From an uncultured Phascolarctobacterium sp. (GTDB lineage Bacteria > Bacillota > Negativicutes > Acidaminococcales > Acidaminococcaceae), in contig UQXH01000001.1 of NCBI GenBank assembly GCA_900545025.1, positions 55,206-119,205 on the forward strand: 64,000 nt of DNA, given 5' to 3'. Below the pieces are notes generated by a model. It worked only from the letters and a program-made list of their open reading frames with translations. It was not told where the DNA came from and ran no database searches. Shown here piece by piece: positions 39,512 through 47,541 of the stretch. The translations under genes and the position numbers were made by a program. Position 1 is the first letter of the stretch, and each line of letters opens with the position of its first letter.

Positions 39512-40723
39512 TTATTGTTCTGTTTTAAACATTAATAAATTTAACTTATAATACTTAACCCTGTTATTCGTTGAAACAATAATATGTTCTTTTGGCAAAG
39601 AGTCTAATCTATTTTTTATTGTTCCTTTAGATTTTTCTGATAGTTTTACCAATTCAGTCATTGATATTCCTTGCCCATAGAATAAAGCAGCTTGTAACAA
39701 AACATAATAAATGTTTGCAAGAAGCGTATCATGTGAAGCAATTTCATTTATTTTCTTTTTATATATTTCTATTTGAGATTTTTTACGAGTTAAAATATTT
39801 ATTGTGTCGTTAAACGTATCAAGCAGGAGATTAAGAAAACCAATTATAAAAGGTGTCATATCACCACGGTTTAATTCACTGTCAGCTTCTGAAAAGAGTG
39901 CATAATATTTTGCTCTGTTTTTCTTTATTAATACTGATAATCGTAATGCTGCTATTTTATGAAAATGTTTAGAAAGATAGTATGAAGTAATAAACCTGTC
40001 TGTTCTACCATTTCCGTCATAAAAAGGGTGAATGTAGGCAAATAGATAGTGAAATAAGCTAATTCTAATAAGAAAAGGTAAATTGGGATTATTTAGTATA
40101 TTTAAAGTAGATTCTACTGCTTCTATAATTTTTGACTCAGGCACAATACCTCGATGAATGGTTTTTCCGGATGCGGAAGCTACGTCAACAGGTTCCAATC
40201 TAAAAATAGTTCCATCAAGAGCATTTTCGGGTTTTTCTGCAATTACTTCTTTGTGAGCAAAATCATCATAAAAATCTCTTATATCTTGACATGTTTCAAA
40301 CTTAATTTCAGTATCGCTTAAAAGACTGTGGTATTTATTTACTACACTTGCAAACCGAGCATTATGTGGAGCAGTACCGTCAATTATATCTCTAAGTTCT
40401 TTTCTTGTACTATGCACACCTTCGATATCATTAGTAGATTTTACTTCTTCTAATATTGATAATAGTGAAAATTGGTGCAGTACTACAGGTGGGACAGAAT
40501 GTATTACATATAGAAAGTTTTCGTAGGCTTTGTAGATTTTTTCTATTAACAATACTATATTTTCAGAGTAGTTAAAAAAAGCTGGATAAGAATTTCTATG
40601 ATTGTATTGTTTTATTATAATGTCTAAATGCTGTACAAAAGGTGAGTTATAACGTTTTTGGTATTCAGCCTCATGCAAATTTTCGTTTTTATAATAAATT
40701 TTTGTCAGGCTATCGTATGTCAT
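39512..40723 (-). CDS. Fic-family AMPylase-like protein, class II (N-terminal inhibitory (S/T)xxxE(G/N) motif)
   Basis: Fic core motif HPFYDGNGRTDR exactly matches HxFx(D/E)GNGRxxR. Upstream TNDIEG fits the auto-inhibitory motif. 403 aa. Lies between integrase and repressor. Confidence 0.85.
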   Translation of the reverse strand: MTYDSLTKIYYKNENLHEAEYQKRYNSPFVQHLDIIIKQYNHRNSYPAFFNYSENIVLLIEKIYKAYENFLYVIHSVPPVVLHQFSLLSILEEVKSTNDIEGVHSTRKELRDIIDGTAPHNARFASVVNKYHSLLSDTEIKFETCQDIRDFYDDFAHKEVIAEKPENALDGTIFRLEPVDVASASGKTIHRGIVPESKIIEAVESTLNILNNPNLPFLIRISLFHYLFAYIHPFYDGNGRTDRFITSYYLSKHFHKIAALRLSVLIKKNRAKYYALFSEADSELNRGDMTPFIIGFLNLLLDTFNDTINILTRKKSQIEIYKKKINEIASHDTLLANIYYVLLQAALFYGQGISMTELVKLSEKSKGTIKNRLDSLPKEHIIVSTNNRVKYYKLNLLMFKTEQ

Positions 40724-40939
40724 AAATCCTCCTAAGTATCTTTTACAAAAAAGCTGAATTTTGAAAAAGACGTTTTTGTTTTTTACAAAAAAGCTGGATT
40801 TTGGAAAAGCGGGTAAAAATCGGCATAAGACTGGTCGATTTTTATAGGAAAAGCATAAATGAACTTAATCTACATTTTTATTTTTCTATAAACTGGTCGA
40901 ATTCGACCAGTTTATATTAGCTCCATCTAAGTGGAAAAA

Positions 40940-41311
40940 TTATCCTGCCGCATTTTGTGTAGCTTTATTTGTGGATTTTTGGTTATCTAACTTTAGCTTT
41001 ATAATTCCGTCAATTTCTTTTTTATTGTTATCGTTTAATTTACGATAAATTTTTAGATGTTTAGTTTCCTGTTCGGTTAAAGAAATAGATGATATTGTAG
41101 GTGGAAACAAATCATTTATACTAATTTCTAAGGCGTTTGCAATTTTAAAAAGAATATCTTGTTCAGCTTCATTAGTTGCATTTTCGTATCCTGATACAGT
41201 ATTGTGTTTAACTCCAATTTTATTACCTAATTCTTTTTGTGTTAAACCTCGCATTTTTCGATATTCTCTTATTTTATTTGAAACATATTGTCTAATATCC
41301 ACATTTTTCAC
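40940..41311 (-). CDS. XRE-family HTH repressor (CI-like)
   Basis: HTH LTQKELGNKIGVKHNTVSGYENA. Divergent from the Cro-like gene. Confidence 0.8.
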   Translation of the reverse strand: MKNVDIRQYVSNKIREYRKMRGLTQKELGNKIGVKHNTVSGYENATNEAEQDILFKIANALEISINDLFPPTISSISLTEQETKHLKIYRKLNDNNKKEIDGIIKLKLDNQKSTNKATQNAAG

Positions 41312-41327
41312 CTCTTTTATTAACTAC

Positions 41328-41417
41328 ATAATACACGAAACAATGATGCTTTTCAAGAAAAATATTTCGTAAAACATGAAGAAAATTGTTGACATGGTTA
41401 CAAACTTCGAGTATTAT
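41328..41417. promoter_or_regulatory. Divergent lysogeny-switch promoters, both near-consensus: minus strand TTGAAA-17-TATTAT (41328-41356) and plus strand TTGACA-17-TATTAT (41389-41417)
   Basis: Hexamers and spacers read directly from the sequence. They sit back-to-back between the repressor and cro-like genes. Confidence 0.7.
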
Positions 41418-41439
41418 GAAGTAGCAAGGAGGCGATAAA

Positions 41440-41667
41440 ATGCAAGTTTTACTTGAATCAATAAGACGAGCGAATAAAGAAAGTCAAGAAAGTATAGCTA
41501 AATTAATTGGTGTAGATGTTAGAACTTATCAGAATAAGGAAAAAGGGATTACTCAATTCAAACAGAATGAAATGTTCTTAATTGCTAAACATTTTAATAA
41601 AAAGATTGATGAAATTTTTTTACCTACAAACTTCGAGAATCAAGAAGTTTGTAGTACGAAAAAGTAA
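41440..41667 (+). CDS. XRE-family HTH protein (Cro-like)
   Basis: 75 aa with an HTH (IAKLIGVDVRTYQNKEKG). RBS AAGGAGG. Confidence 0.75.
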   Translation: MQVLLESIRRANKESQESIAKLIGVDVRTYQNKEKGITQFKQNEMFLIAKHFNKKIDEIFLPTNFENQEVCSTKK

Positions 41668-41690
41668 TTATGGTAGTGGAGGTGATAATA

Positions 41691-41885
41691 ATGCGTAGAT
41701 TTGGATGGAAAAACAAAAGCCAACCGTCAGAAACGATTGGCTGGTGGAAAATAAAATGCAATTATTGTGGGGAAAATATAGTATTTATTCTAAATCCTAA
41801 AACACTAAGGTTTCACAACAATAAAAGAATAAGAGCTTTTTTGAAATCATATACGGCACATAAAGTAGTTAAGCAAAAGAGATGA
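41691..41885 (+). CDS. Small hypothetical phage protein (single CxxC)
   Basis: ATG 41691 lies 6 nt after GGAGGTGA. Its 3' end overlaps the convergent minus-strand gene by ~38 nt. Confidence 0.45.
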   Translation: MRRFGWKNKSQPSETIGWWKIKCNYCGENIVFILNPKTLRFHNNKRIRAFLKSYTAHKVVKQKR

Positions 41886-42407
41886 AATGGGTGCAGTAAT
41901 CCAAGAATTTTTCTGCATTATTCCAGAAAATTTAGATAACATCCCTGGCTTGCAGTTCCCGCTATTGAGATTAGTTTTTAATGTATCAATTAGTTCTTGA
42001 AAATCTTCTCTTTTTGCACCATTAGCAGAGATTACCTTGTACAAATCGTCAACAGAAGCACATTGATAAATACTTGAAGAATTTGGACCAAAGGCTGAGC
42101 CATAAGCATTATTAACATTAAAAATAAAGTTTTGATTTTCTTGTGCAGTTGGCTTAGTTCCTTCTACATGAATGAAGTCTATTTCACCACCCATTATAGT
42201 TGGTTCTTTTGTTATGTCAGTAACGATAAACTCAAAACCTGTTATGTCAGATTTAATAATATCGTTTATTTGAACATCACAATTATATGGCAAGTCTGCG
42301 GAATATTTATCGTGGTATAAACCTGTTACTGTAGCAATCTTTGTACCGTTTCTAAAAATAGAGTATTTTTTTCCTGCATTATAAACTAAATCATCAAATA
42401 TACGCAT
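41847..42407 (-). CDS. Orphan hypothetical protein with its own promoter, oriented against the phage early operon (candidate moron)
   Basis: 186 aa. Perfect RBS AAGGAGGTG 7 nt upstream of the ATG. Minus-strand promoter ATGACA-17-TATAAT at 42433-42461. No recognisable motifs. Confidence 0.7.
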   Translation of the reverse strand: MRIFDDLVYNAGKKYSIFRNGTKIATVTGLYHDKYSADLPYNCDVQINDIIKSDITGFEFIVTDITKEPTIMGGEIDFIHVEGTKPTAQENQNFIFNVNNAYGSAFGPNSSSIYQCASVDDLYKVISANGAKREDFQELIDTLKTNLNSGNCKPGMLSKFSGIMQKNSWITAPISSLLLNYFMCRI

Positions 42408-42505
42408 CTCAGCACCTCCTTTCTTTGATTAAATTATAACAGTAGATGTTCAATTTGTCATAACAATAAAATCCTACCGTATGGCAGGGCAGTGGAGGTG
42501 AGGAT

Positions 42506-42595
42506 ATGGAGAAAATCAATATATATCTGATTCTTATTATTTCTATTGTTTGTTCTATTTTAGTAAGCCTTTTAACCATAACGTTATTAGTGTGA
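42506..42595 (+). CDS. 29-aa single-TM hydrophobic peptide (MEKINIYLILIISIVCSILVSLLTITLLV)
   Basis: Strong RBS GGAGGTGAGG 5 nt upstream. Almost entirely hydrophobic. Divergent from the 186-aa gene. Below the ORF-track size cut-off. Confidence 0.4.
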   Translation: MEKINIYLILIISIVCSILVSLLTITLLV

Positions 42596-42598
42596 CAG

Positions 42599-42781
42599 TT
42601 GATAAAGAAAGGAAAAAATATGAAAGAAAAAATTCAACAAGCTTATGAACAGATGATTTTAGAAAAGATAGAAGCAACAAAAAAGCTTCCAGTAGAATCT
42701 ATTTCAATAGAATTACTGAAAGCTTTACAAGATGCTGTTGAGATTATTTCAAAAGATTATTGCAGAGATTTTTTGTCATAA
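42599..42781 (+). CDS. Small hypothetical phage protein
   Basis: 60 aa, RBS AGGAAA, helical and charged. Confidence 0.4.
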   Translation: MIKKGKNMKEKIQQAYEQMILEKIEATKKLPVESISIELLKALQDAVEIISKDYCRDFLS

Positions 42782-43000
42782 GCAACTAAGGCTTTGATGA
42801 TTGCATTGGCGATGGCTGATACTTGTTCCGGTGCAAAGCAAGGTTGACATTTTGAATCGCTGGCACGATTCAAATCTTGTCTTATAGCGTTGTAGATAGC
42901 AAGTACATCTTTGCTTTCCAATTAAAACAACACCCCTTCCGCTACCAATTATAACAGCGGCACAGAGGGTTGAAAATAATTAAAAAAGAGGTAATGCGCA

Positions 43001-43738
43001 ATGAATGATTTATTAAAAATTGAAGTAAACAGTAATCAGGAACAGACCGTAAGCGGCAGAGAGCTGCATATGTTTTTAGGGATAGAAACTCGATACAATG
43101 ATTGGTTTAATCGTATGCTGCAATATGGGTTTGAAGATGAAAAAGACTTTTACTCAATTTTGAGTAAAACTTCTGAAAATGGCAGACCGAGCACTGACCA
43201 CATCATGAAGTTGGACATGGCTAAAGAGCTCTGCATGCTGGCCCGTAACGAAAAAGGCAAACAGGCCCGCCAATACTTTCTTGAAGTGGAGAGGGAGTGG
43301 AACAGCCCGGAAAAAGTAATGGCCAGAGCGTTGAAGTTGGCTGAAGCCAAGCTGAATGAAGTTAAGGCGTTTGCTGCTGAACAGACTAAACAGCTGGAAG
43401 CAGCTCAGCCAAAAGTTGTTTTCGCGGATGCTGTAGCAACAGCACAAACCTCAATCCTTATTGGTGATCTGGCCAAAATCCTTAAGCAGAATGGCGTCAA
43501 CACCGAACAGAAACGCCTGTTTGAGTGGATGCGCCAAAACGGTTATCTTATCAAGCGAAAAGGTGCAGACTATAATAGCCCAACTCAAAGAGCTATGGAG
43601 CAAAAATTGTTTGAAATCAAAGAAACGTCCGTAGCCATGCCGGATGGTGGTATTAAAATCACACGCACCACAAAGGTTACCGGCAAAGGCCAGATCTATT
43701 TTGTCAACTTGTTCAAAAAACAGAGTAATGCGGGGTGA
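43001..43738 (+). CDS. ant: Phage antirepressor (ORF6N/Rha-like N-domain + KilA-C/ANT C-domain)
   Basis: N-terminus VSGRELHMFLGIETRYNDWFNRM (ORF6N-like). C-terminus NGYLIKRKG...TQRAMEQKLF (ANT/KilAC-like). Confidence 0.7.
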   Translation: MNDLLKIEVNSNQEQTVSGRELHMFLGIETRYNDWFNRMLQYGFEDEKDFYSILSKTSENGRPSTDHIMKLDMAKELCMLARNEKGKQARQYFLEVEREWNSPEKVMARALKLAEAKLNEVKAFAAEQTKQLEAAQPKVVFADAVATAQTSILIGDLAKILKQNGVNTEQKRLFEWMRQNGYLIKRKGADYNSPTQRAMEQKLFEIKETSVAMPDGGIKITRTTKVTGKGQIYFVNLFKKQSNAG

Positions 43739-43744
43739 CAAGCC

Positions 43745-43999
43745 GTGAAGCTCATGAATGCTAAAAAATACGCAGCATCACGTGGCTTGCCACTGGCGAC
43801 TGTTCGCAAGCTGTGCCGCAATAAAATCCTGAAGCATCTGCTTGCAGGAAGGGTGTACCTAATTGACGTTGAGGCTGCTGATACTTATTTCAGTGAGCAT
43901 TTGACGAAGCCCGGTAAGCCTGCAGTAAAGCATCAACCGGTATATTCCGGCAAAAACTTTGGCCAACGTCTGGCAAGTCTGCGGGCAGAACTGCTATGA
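43745..43999 (+). CDS. Small HTH DNA-binding protein (excisionase/MerR-like)
   Basis: AASRGLPLATVRKLCRNKIL is an HTH of the Xis/AlpA type. 84 aa. Confidence 0.5.
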   Translation: MKLMNAKKYAASRGLPLATVRKLCRNKILKHLLAGRVYLIDVEAADTYFSEHLTKPGKPAVKHQPVYSGKNFGQRLASLRAELL

Positions 44000-44166
44000 G
44001 GTACAAGCTAAGATGCAGTAGGTGCGGACGTTTTCTGACGCACGCTCATTATGTTGATGGCCTGCCAGTATGTGCTGACGATAGGCTCTGTTATCCTGGA
44101 AAGTTTCTAACAAAAAGAGAAAAGAAGTTAGCGGAGCTGAAGCGTAGATATGCCGGCAGAGATTAA
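43996..44166 (+). CDS. Small zinc-ribbon-like protein (56 aa; CxxC...Cx6C)
   Basis: MRYKLRCSRCGRF...VCADDRLC. ATGA overlap with the upstream gene. Preferred over the antisense ORF 43994..44332. Confidence 0.35.
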   Translation: MRYKLRCSRCGRFLTHAHYVDGLPVCADDRLCYPGKFLTKREKKLAELKRRYAGRD

Positions 44167-44183
44167 AAGAAAAGGGGATGCTT

Positions 44184-44351
44184 ATGGATTCAAAAAAGGT
44201 TGATATGTATATGTCCGATAGAAAAACGTACAGAGATTGTATAGTTTGTACAGCACATGATATAGCTAACGTCGGACATCTATTGTCTGCAGGTTCATTA
44301 GAAGAATTAGTGGACTCTTTAAGAAAAAGCATTGACGAGTTAGTTAGTTAG
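44184..44351 (+). CDS. Small hypothetical phage protein (55 aa)
   Basis: ATG after AAAGGGG. Same orientation as the surrounding early genes. Confidence 0.3.
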   Translation: MDSKKVDMYMSDRKTYRDCIVCTAHDIANVGHLLSAGSLEELVDSLRKSIDELVS

Positions 44352-44419
44352 TATTGAGAATGAATTGCAGAAAATAACAGGTTTGTTACCTTGTAATTTT
44401 AATCAGCTGTTGAAGAAAG

Positions 44420-44722
44420 GTGATGAGGCAGATGAGAACGCTTAAACTTATTATTTTTACCAGTTTACTGCTGTTTCTGATGCTGTTTTTTGGCAGCTGC
44501 CACGGGCAGACGCAAAGCATTACTGTACCAGTAACAGTAAAAGCTGGTGATACTTTAGACGGACTTATTATTAAGCTGGCTGATCAGTATGGTGATACCC
44601 GGGATTATCGCGAAATCCGCTGCCAGGTTAAACATGATAACCAAAAAAGCGATAGCAGCATTTTTCCAGGCGAAGTCCTAAACATCCGCTTAGAGGTACA
44701 GAAAAATGAAAAAGACCGCTGA
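44420..44722 (+). CDS. Small secreted/lipoprotein-like protein with a LysM-like domain
   Basis: Signal peptide ending LFFGSC. VKAGDTLDGLIIKLADQYG...IFPGEVLNI resembles LysM. Confidence 0.55.
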   Translation: MMRQMRTLKLIIFTSLLLFLMLFFGSCHGQTQSITVPVTVKAGDTLDGLIIKLADQYGDTRDYREIRCQVKHDNQKSDSSIFPGEVLNIRLEVQKNEKDR

Positions 44723-44791
44723 TGTTGGCGCATCAAACGGTCTAAAGGTGAATATTTCAAGCCCGAGATATTCACCTACATTATATCACAA

Positions 44792-45256
44792 ATGGAGGCA
44801 AAGACAATGGATTTAAACATTAACGTAAAAATCAAACTGGACGAAACTCCGGAATTATTGAATACCTTGACTACTTTCTGCGAGGTGGTTAGAGCAGTGG
44901 CACCACTGACAATGACGGCTCATACGGTTGCTGATATCCCAACATCTGCAGCACCTGTTGAGTCACGCCCGCTGCAGCCTGTTCCTGAACCGGCACAGGT
45001 AATCATGCAACAGCCGGCAGCTCAACCGGTACCAATACAGCATCCTGCTCCGGCAGCTGCAGTACCGACTGCAGCACCGAAACAGTACACTCTGCCCGAA
45101 ATCCAGGCAGCCTGCGGTCCGCTGATGGATGCCGGCAAAATGAATGAGCTGGCTGAAGTCATCAAGAGCTTTGGTGTAGCGTCATTAATGGAGTTGCCTG
45201 CAGATCAGTACGGAAACCTGGTTATCAAGCTGCGTGCACTGGGGGCTAGATTATGA
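44792..45256 (+). CDS. Hypothetical phage protein with Pro/Ala-rich linker
   Basis: 154 aa. Central PVPEPAQVIMQQPAAQPVPIQHPAPAAAVPTAAP low-complexity linker. Confidence 0.5.
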   Translation: MEAKTMDLNINVKIKLDETPELLNTLTTFCEVVRAVAPLTMTAHTVADIPTSAAPVESRPLQPVPEPAQVIMQQPAAQPVPIQHPAPAAAVPTAAPKQYTLPEIQAACGPLMDAGKMNELAEVIKSFGVASLMELPADQYGNLVIKLRALGARL

Positions 45257-46440
45257 CGGCGCATGCAAGACTTTCTGCTTCAGGTGCGCACCGCTGGATG
45301 GCTTGCACACCGTCCGCTAAGCTGGAAGAAAATTTTCCGGATACCGGCAGTGTGTATGCCGCAGAAGGAACTCTTGCGCATAGTGTAGCAGAATTAAAAG
45401 TTCGCAAATACACGGTTGAGCCGATGAGTACACGCACATATAACAGCCGGTTGAAGAAGCTGAAAGAAAATGAGCTGTGGCAGTCAGAGATGGATGAGCA
45501 CACAGATGAATACCTTGACTATATCAAGAGTGTTATGCTGGCATACCCAACTACACCCTTTGTTACTGTAGAACGCCGTGTAGACTTCTCAGACATTGTG
45601 CCAGGTGGTTTTGGTACTGCTGACTGTCTGATTCTAGCTGGGAATATCCTGCATGTTATTGATTTTAAGTATGGAAAAGGCGTACAGGTAGAGGCTGAGG
45701 ATAATCCGCAGATGCGTCTATATGCCTATGGCGCTGCAAAAGCCTATTCAATGCTTTATACCTTTGAAAAGGTCATCATGAGTATAGTGCAGCCGCGACT
45801 AAACCATATCAGCGTTGCAGAGATATCCGTAGAAGAGCTGACCAGTTGGGCTAATAATGTCGTTAAGCCTCTTGCCGTAATGGCCAATAAAGGTGAAGGC
45901 GAGTATCATCCTGGGCCGCACTGCAAGTTCTGTAAAGCAAAAGCTGAATGCAAAGCCAGGGCAGATGCATGCATGGCGCTGCTGCCAGAAGCAGAAAACT
46001 GGCGCAAAAATGGCGGGGTAGTAAAAGCAGCAGGTCTGTATACCGTTGAAGAACTCAGTAAATATCTAAAAGCCGGTGTGCTACTTAATGACTGGTACGC
46101 CGATATCTCAGCACACGCATTAACGTTATGTCTCAATGGTACTGAAGTACCTGGCTATAAAGCCGTAGAAGGCCGTGGCAGCCGAGAATTTACGAGTCTT
46201 GATGACGCATTTGCAGTGCTGCAAAAAAACGGCATAGCCGAAGCTGTGCTGTATGAACGCAAACCTTTAACTCTTGCGCAGGCCGAAAAAGTCATCGGCG
46301 CTAAAAAGTTTGCCGAGCTTGTCGGCAGTTACATTATCAAAAAACCTGGCAAACCGACACTGGTAGCAGCCAGTGACAGACGCCAGGCTATTACTAATCA
46401 GCCAAAAGCTGAAGATGTTTTTACGAAATTGGAGGAATAA
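45253..46440 (+). CDS. DUF2800-family PD-(D/E)XK (Cas4-like) nuclease of a phage replication module
   Basis: N-terminus LSASGAHRWMACTPSAKLE and C-terminal Cys cluster (GPHCKFCKAKAECKA) are typical of DUF2800. Immediately followed by DUF2815 and PolA. Confidence 0.65.
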   Translation: MTAHARLSASGAHRWMACTPSAKLEENFPDTGSVYAAEGTLAHSVAELKVRKYTVEPMSTRTYNSRLKKLKENELWQSEMDEHTDEYLDYIKSVMLAYPTTPFVTVERRVDFSDIVPGGFGTADCLILAGNILHVIDFKYGKGVQVEAEDNPQMRLYAYGAAKAYSMLYTFEKVIMSIVQPRLNHISVAEISVEELTSWANNVVKPLAVMANKGEGEYHPGPHCKFCKAKAECKARADACMALLPEAENWRKNGGVVKAAGLYTVEELSKYLKAGVLLNDWYADISAHALTLCLNGTEVPGYKAVEGRGSREFTSLDDAFAVLQKNGIAEAVLYERKPLTLAQAEKVIGAKKFAELVGSYIIKKPGKPTLVAASDRRQAITNQPKAEDVFTKLEE

Positions 46441-46443
46441 ATT

Positions 46444-47031
46444 ATGTCTAACACTTCTGTAACTTTACTTAACGTTCGTTTATCCTATGTTCACCTTATG
46501 AAACCTTATTCAAATGATCCTTCTATGGAAGCCAAATACAGCTGCACTATCCTGCTTCCCAAAACAGATCTGCAGGGTAAAGCGGCTATTGATGCAGCTA
46601 TTGAAGCGGCAAAACAAGCCGGATTACAGAAAAAATTCGGTGGAGTACTACCACCGAAATTACCAGTCCCTGTATATGATGGCGACGGTTTTACCGCGTC
46701 TGGCAATAAGTTTGGCCCGGAATGTGCTGGCTGCTGGGTGTTCACCGCTTCCAGCGCAGCAGACAAACCGGTAGAGATTGTGGATCGTAACATGAATCGT
46801 ATCCTTGATGCTACTCAGGTATATAGCGGTATGTACGCTAATATTAACGTCAACTTTTTCCCGTATGCAGCTCCGGGACGTAAAGGTATTGGCTGCGGAC
46901 TGGGGCCTGTGCAAAAAGTTCGTGATGGTGAAGCGTTAGGCGGCAGTGCTCCTGCAGCAAGCAGCTGCTTCAGTGCAATGGGGGACGAACAACCTGTAAA
47001 AATCAATCCCGTAACAGGGCTGCCAATGTAA
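46444..47031 (+). CDS. DUF2815-family protein (phage ssDNA-binding-like)
   Basis: N-terminus VTLLNVRLSYVHLMKPY is a DUF2815-type start. Conserved partner of DUF2800 and PolA. Confidence 0.6.
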   Translation: MSNTSVTLLNVRLSYVHLMKPYSNDPSMEAKYSCTILLPKTDLQGKAAIDAAIEAAKQAGLQKKFGGVLPPKLPVPVYDGDGFTASGNKFGPECAGCWVFTASSAADKPVEIVDRNMNRILDATQVYSGMYANINVNFFPYAAPGRKGIGCGLGPVQKVRDGEALGGSAPAASSCFSAMGDEQPVKINPVTGLPM

Positions 47032-47046
47032 TCGAATACTATCAGC

Positions 47047-47078
47047 TAAACGGGAACTTCGGTTCCCGTTTAATTCTA
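47047..47078 (+). terminator. Hairpin/terminator
   Basis: aaacgggaac-ttcg-gttcccgttt followed by AATTCT. The T-tract is weak. Confidence 0.5.
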
Positions 47079-47099
47079 AGATAAGGACGGTAATAAAAA

Positions 47100-47540
47100 A
47101 TGGATTATTTAAAACCACAAATGGAAGCCATTAAATTTTTACATAAAGGTTTTGGGTGCATTGGATATTGTCGCCTTGAAGGCTTTATAGGTATTAATCC
47201 TGGCAATAATGCTGTAGTTATTTTTGTTCCAGAAACAACGTTTCATTTAGATATCAATCATAGATTCTCAGAGTTTAAGTTAGACACATTAATTGATGTT
47301 AAACGAGCTTATGAATCTGCAAGCCTTACAGCCGAGTGTAGATTAGAAGGTAAGGTTTTATTGCGGAAAATAATCTCTGCGAGCGGTTGGCAGACATGGA
47401 TAGATGATAAGTTGTTTAACCAATATTTTAAAGGGTGCAAATTAAGAATTTGTAATAATCCTGCATATTCAGTGAAAGTGTATGTTTTAGGGAAATTAGT
47501 AGGTTTACTTACACCGCGGCAGCGTGTAGCGGAGAAGTAA
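47100..47540 (+). CDS. Hypothetical protein inserted between DUF2815 and the DNA polymerase (possible moron)
   Basis: 146 aa, no recognisable motifs. Preceded by a hairpin. Confidence 0.5.
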   Translation: MDYLKPQMEAIKFLHKGFGCIGYCRLEGFIGINPGNNAVVIFVPETTFHLDINHRFSEFKLDTLIDVKRAYESASLTAECRLEGKVLLRKIISASGWQTWIDDKLFNQYFKGCKLRICNNPAYSVKVYVLGKLVGLLTPRQRVAEK

Positions 47541-47541
47541 A

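Noticed and set aside
40877-40902. Perfect 26-bp palindrome TAAACTGGTCGAATTCGACCAGTTTA considered as terminator of the repressor gene
   Set aside because: No U-tract on either strand and an AT-rich stem. More likely a protein-binding site/operator, and mentioned under the Fic finding instead.
43994-44332. 112-aa minus-strand ORF in the prophage early region
   Set aside because: Two short + strand ORFs with RBS and ATGA coupling (43996..44166, 44184..44351) fit the operon orientation better. The minus ORF has no RBS or promoter.
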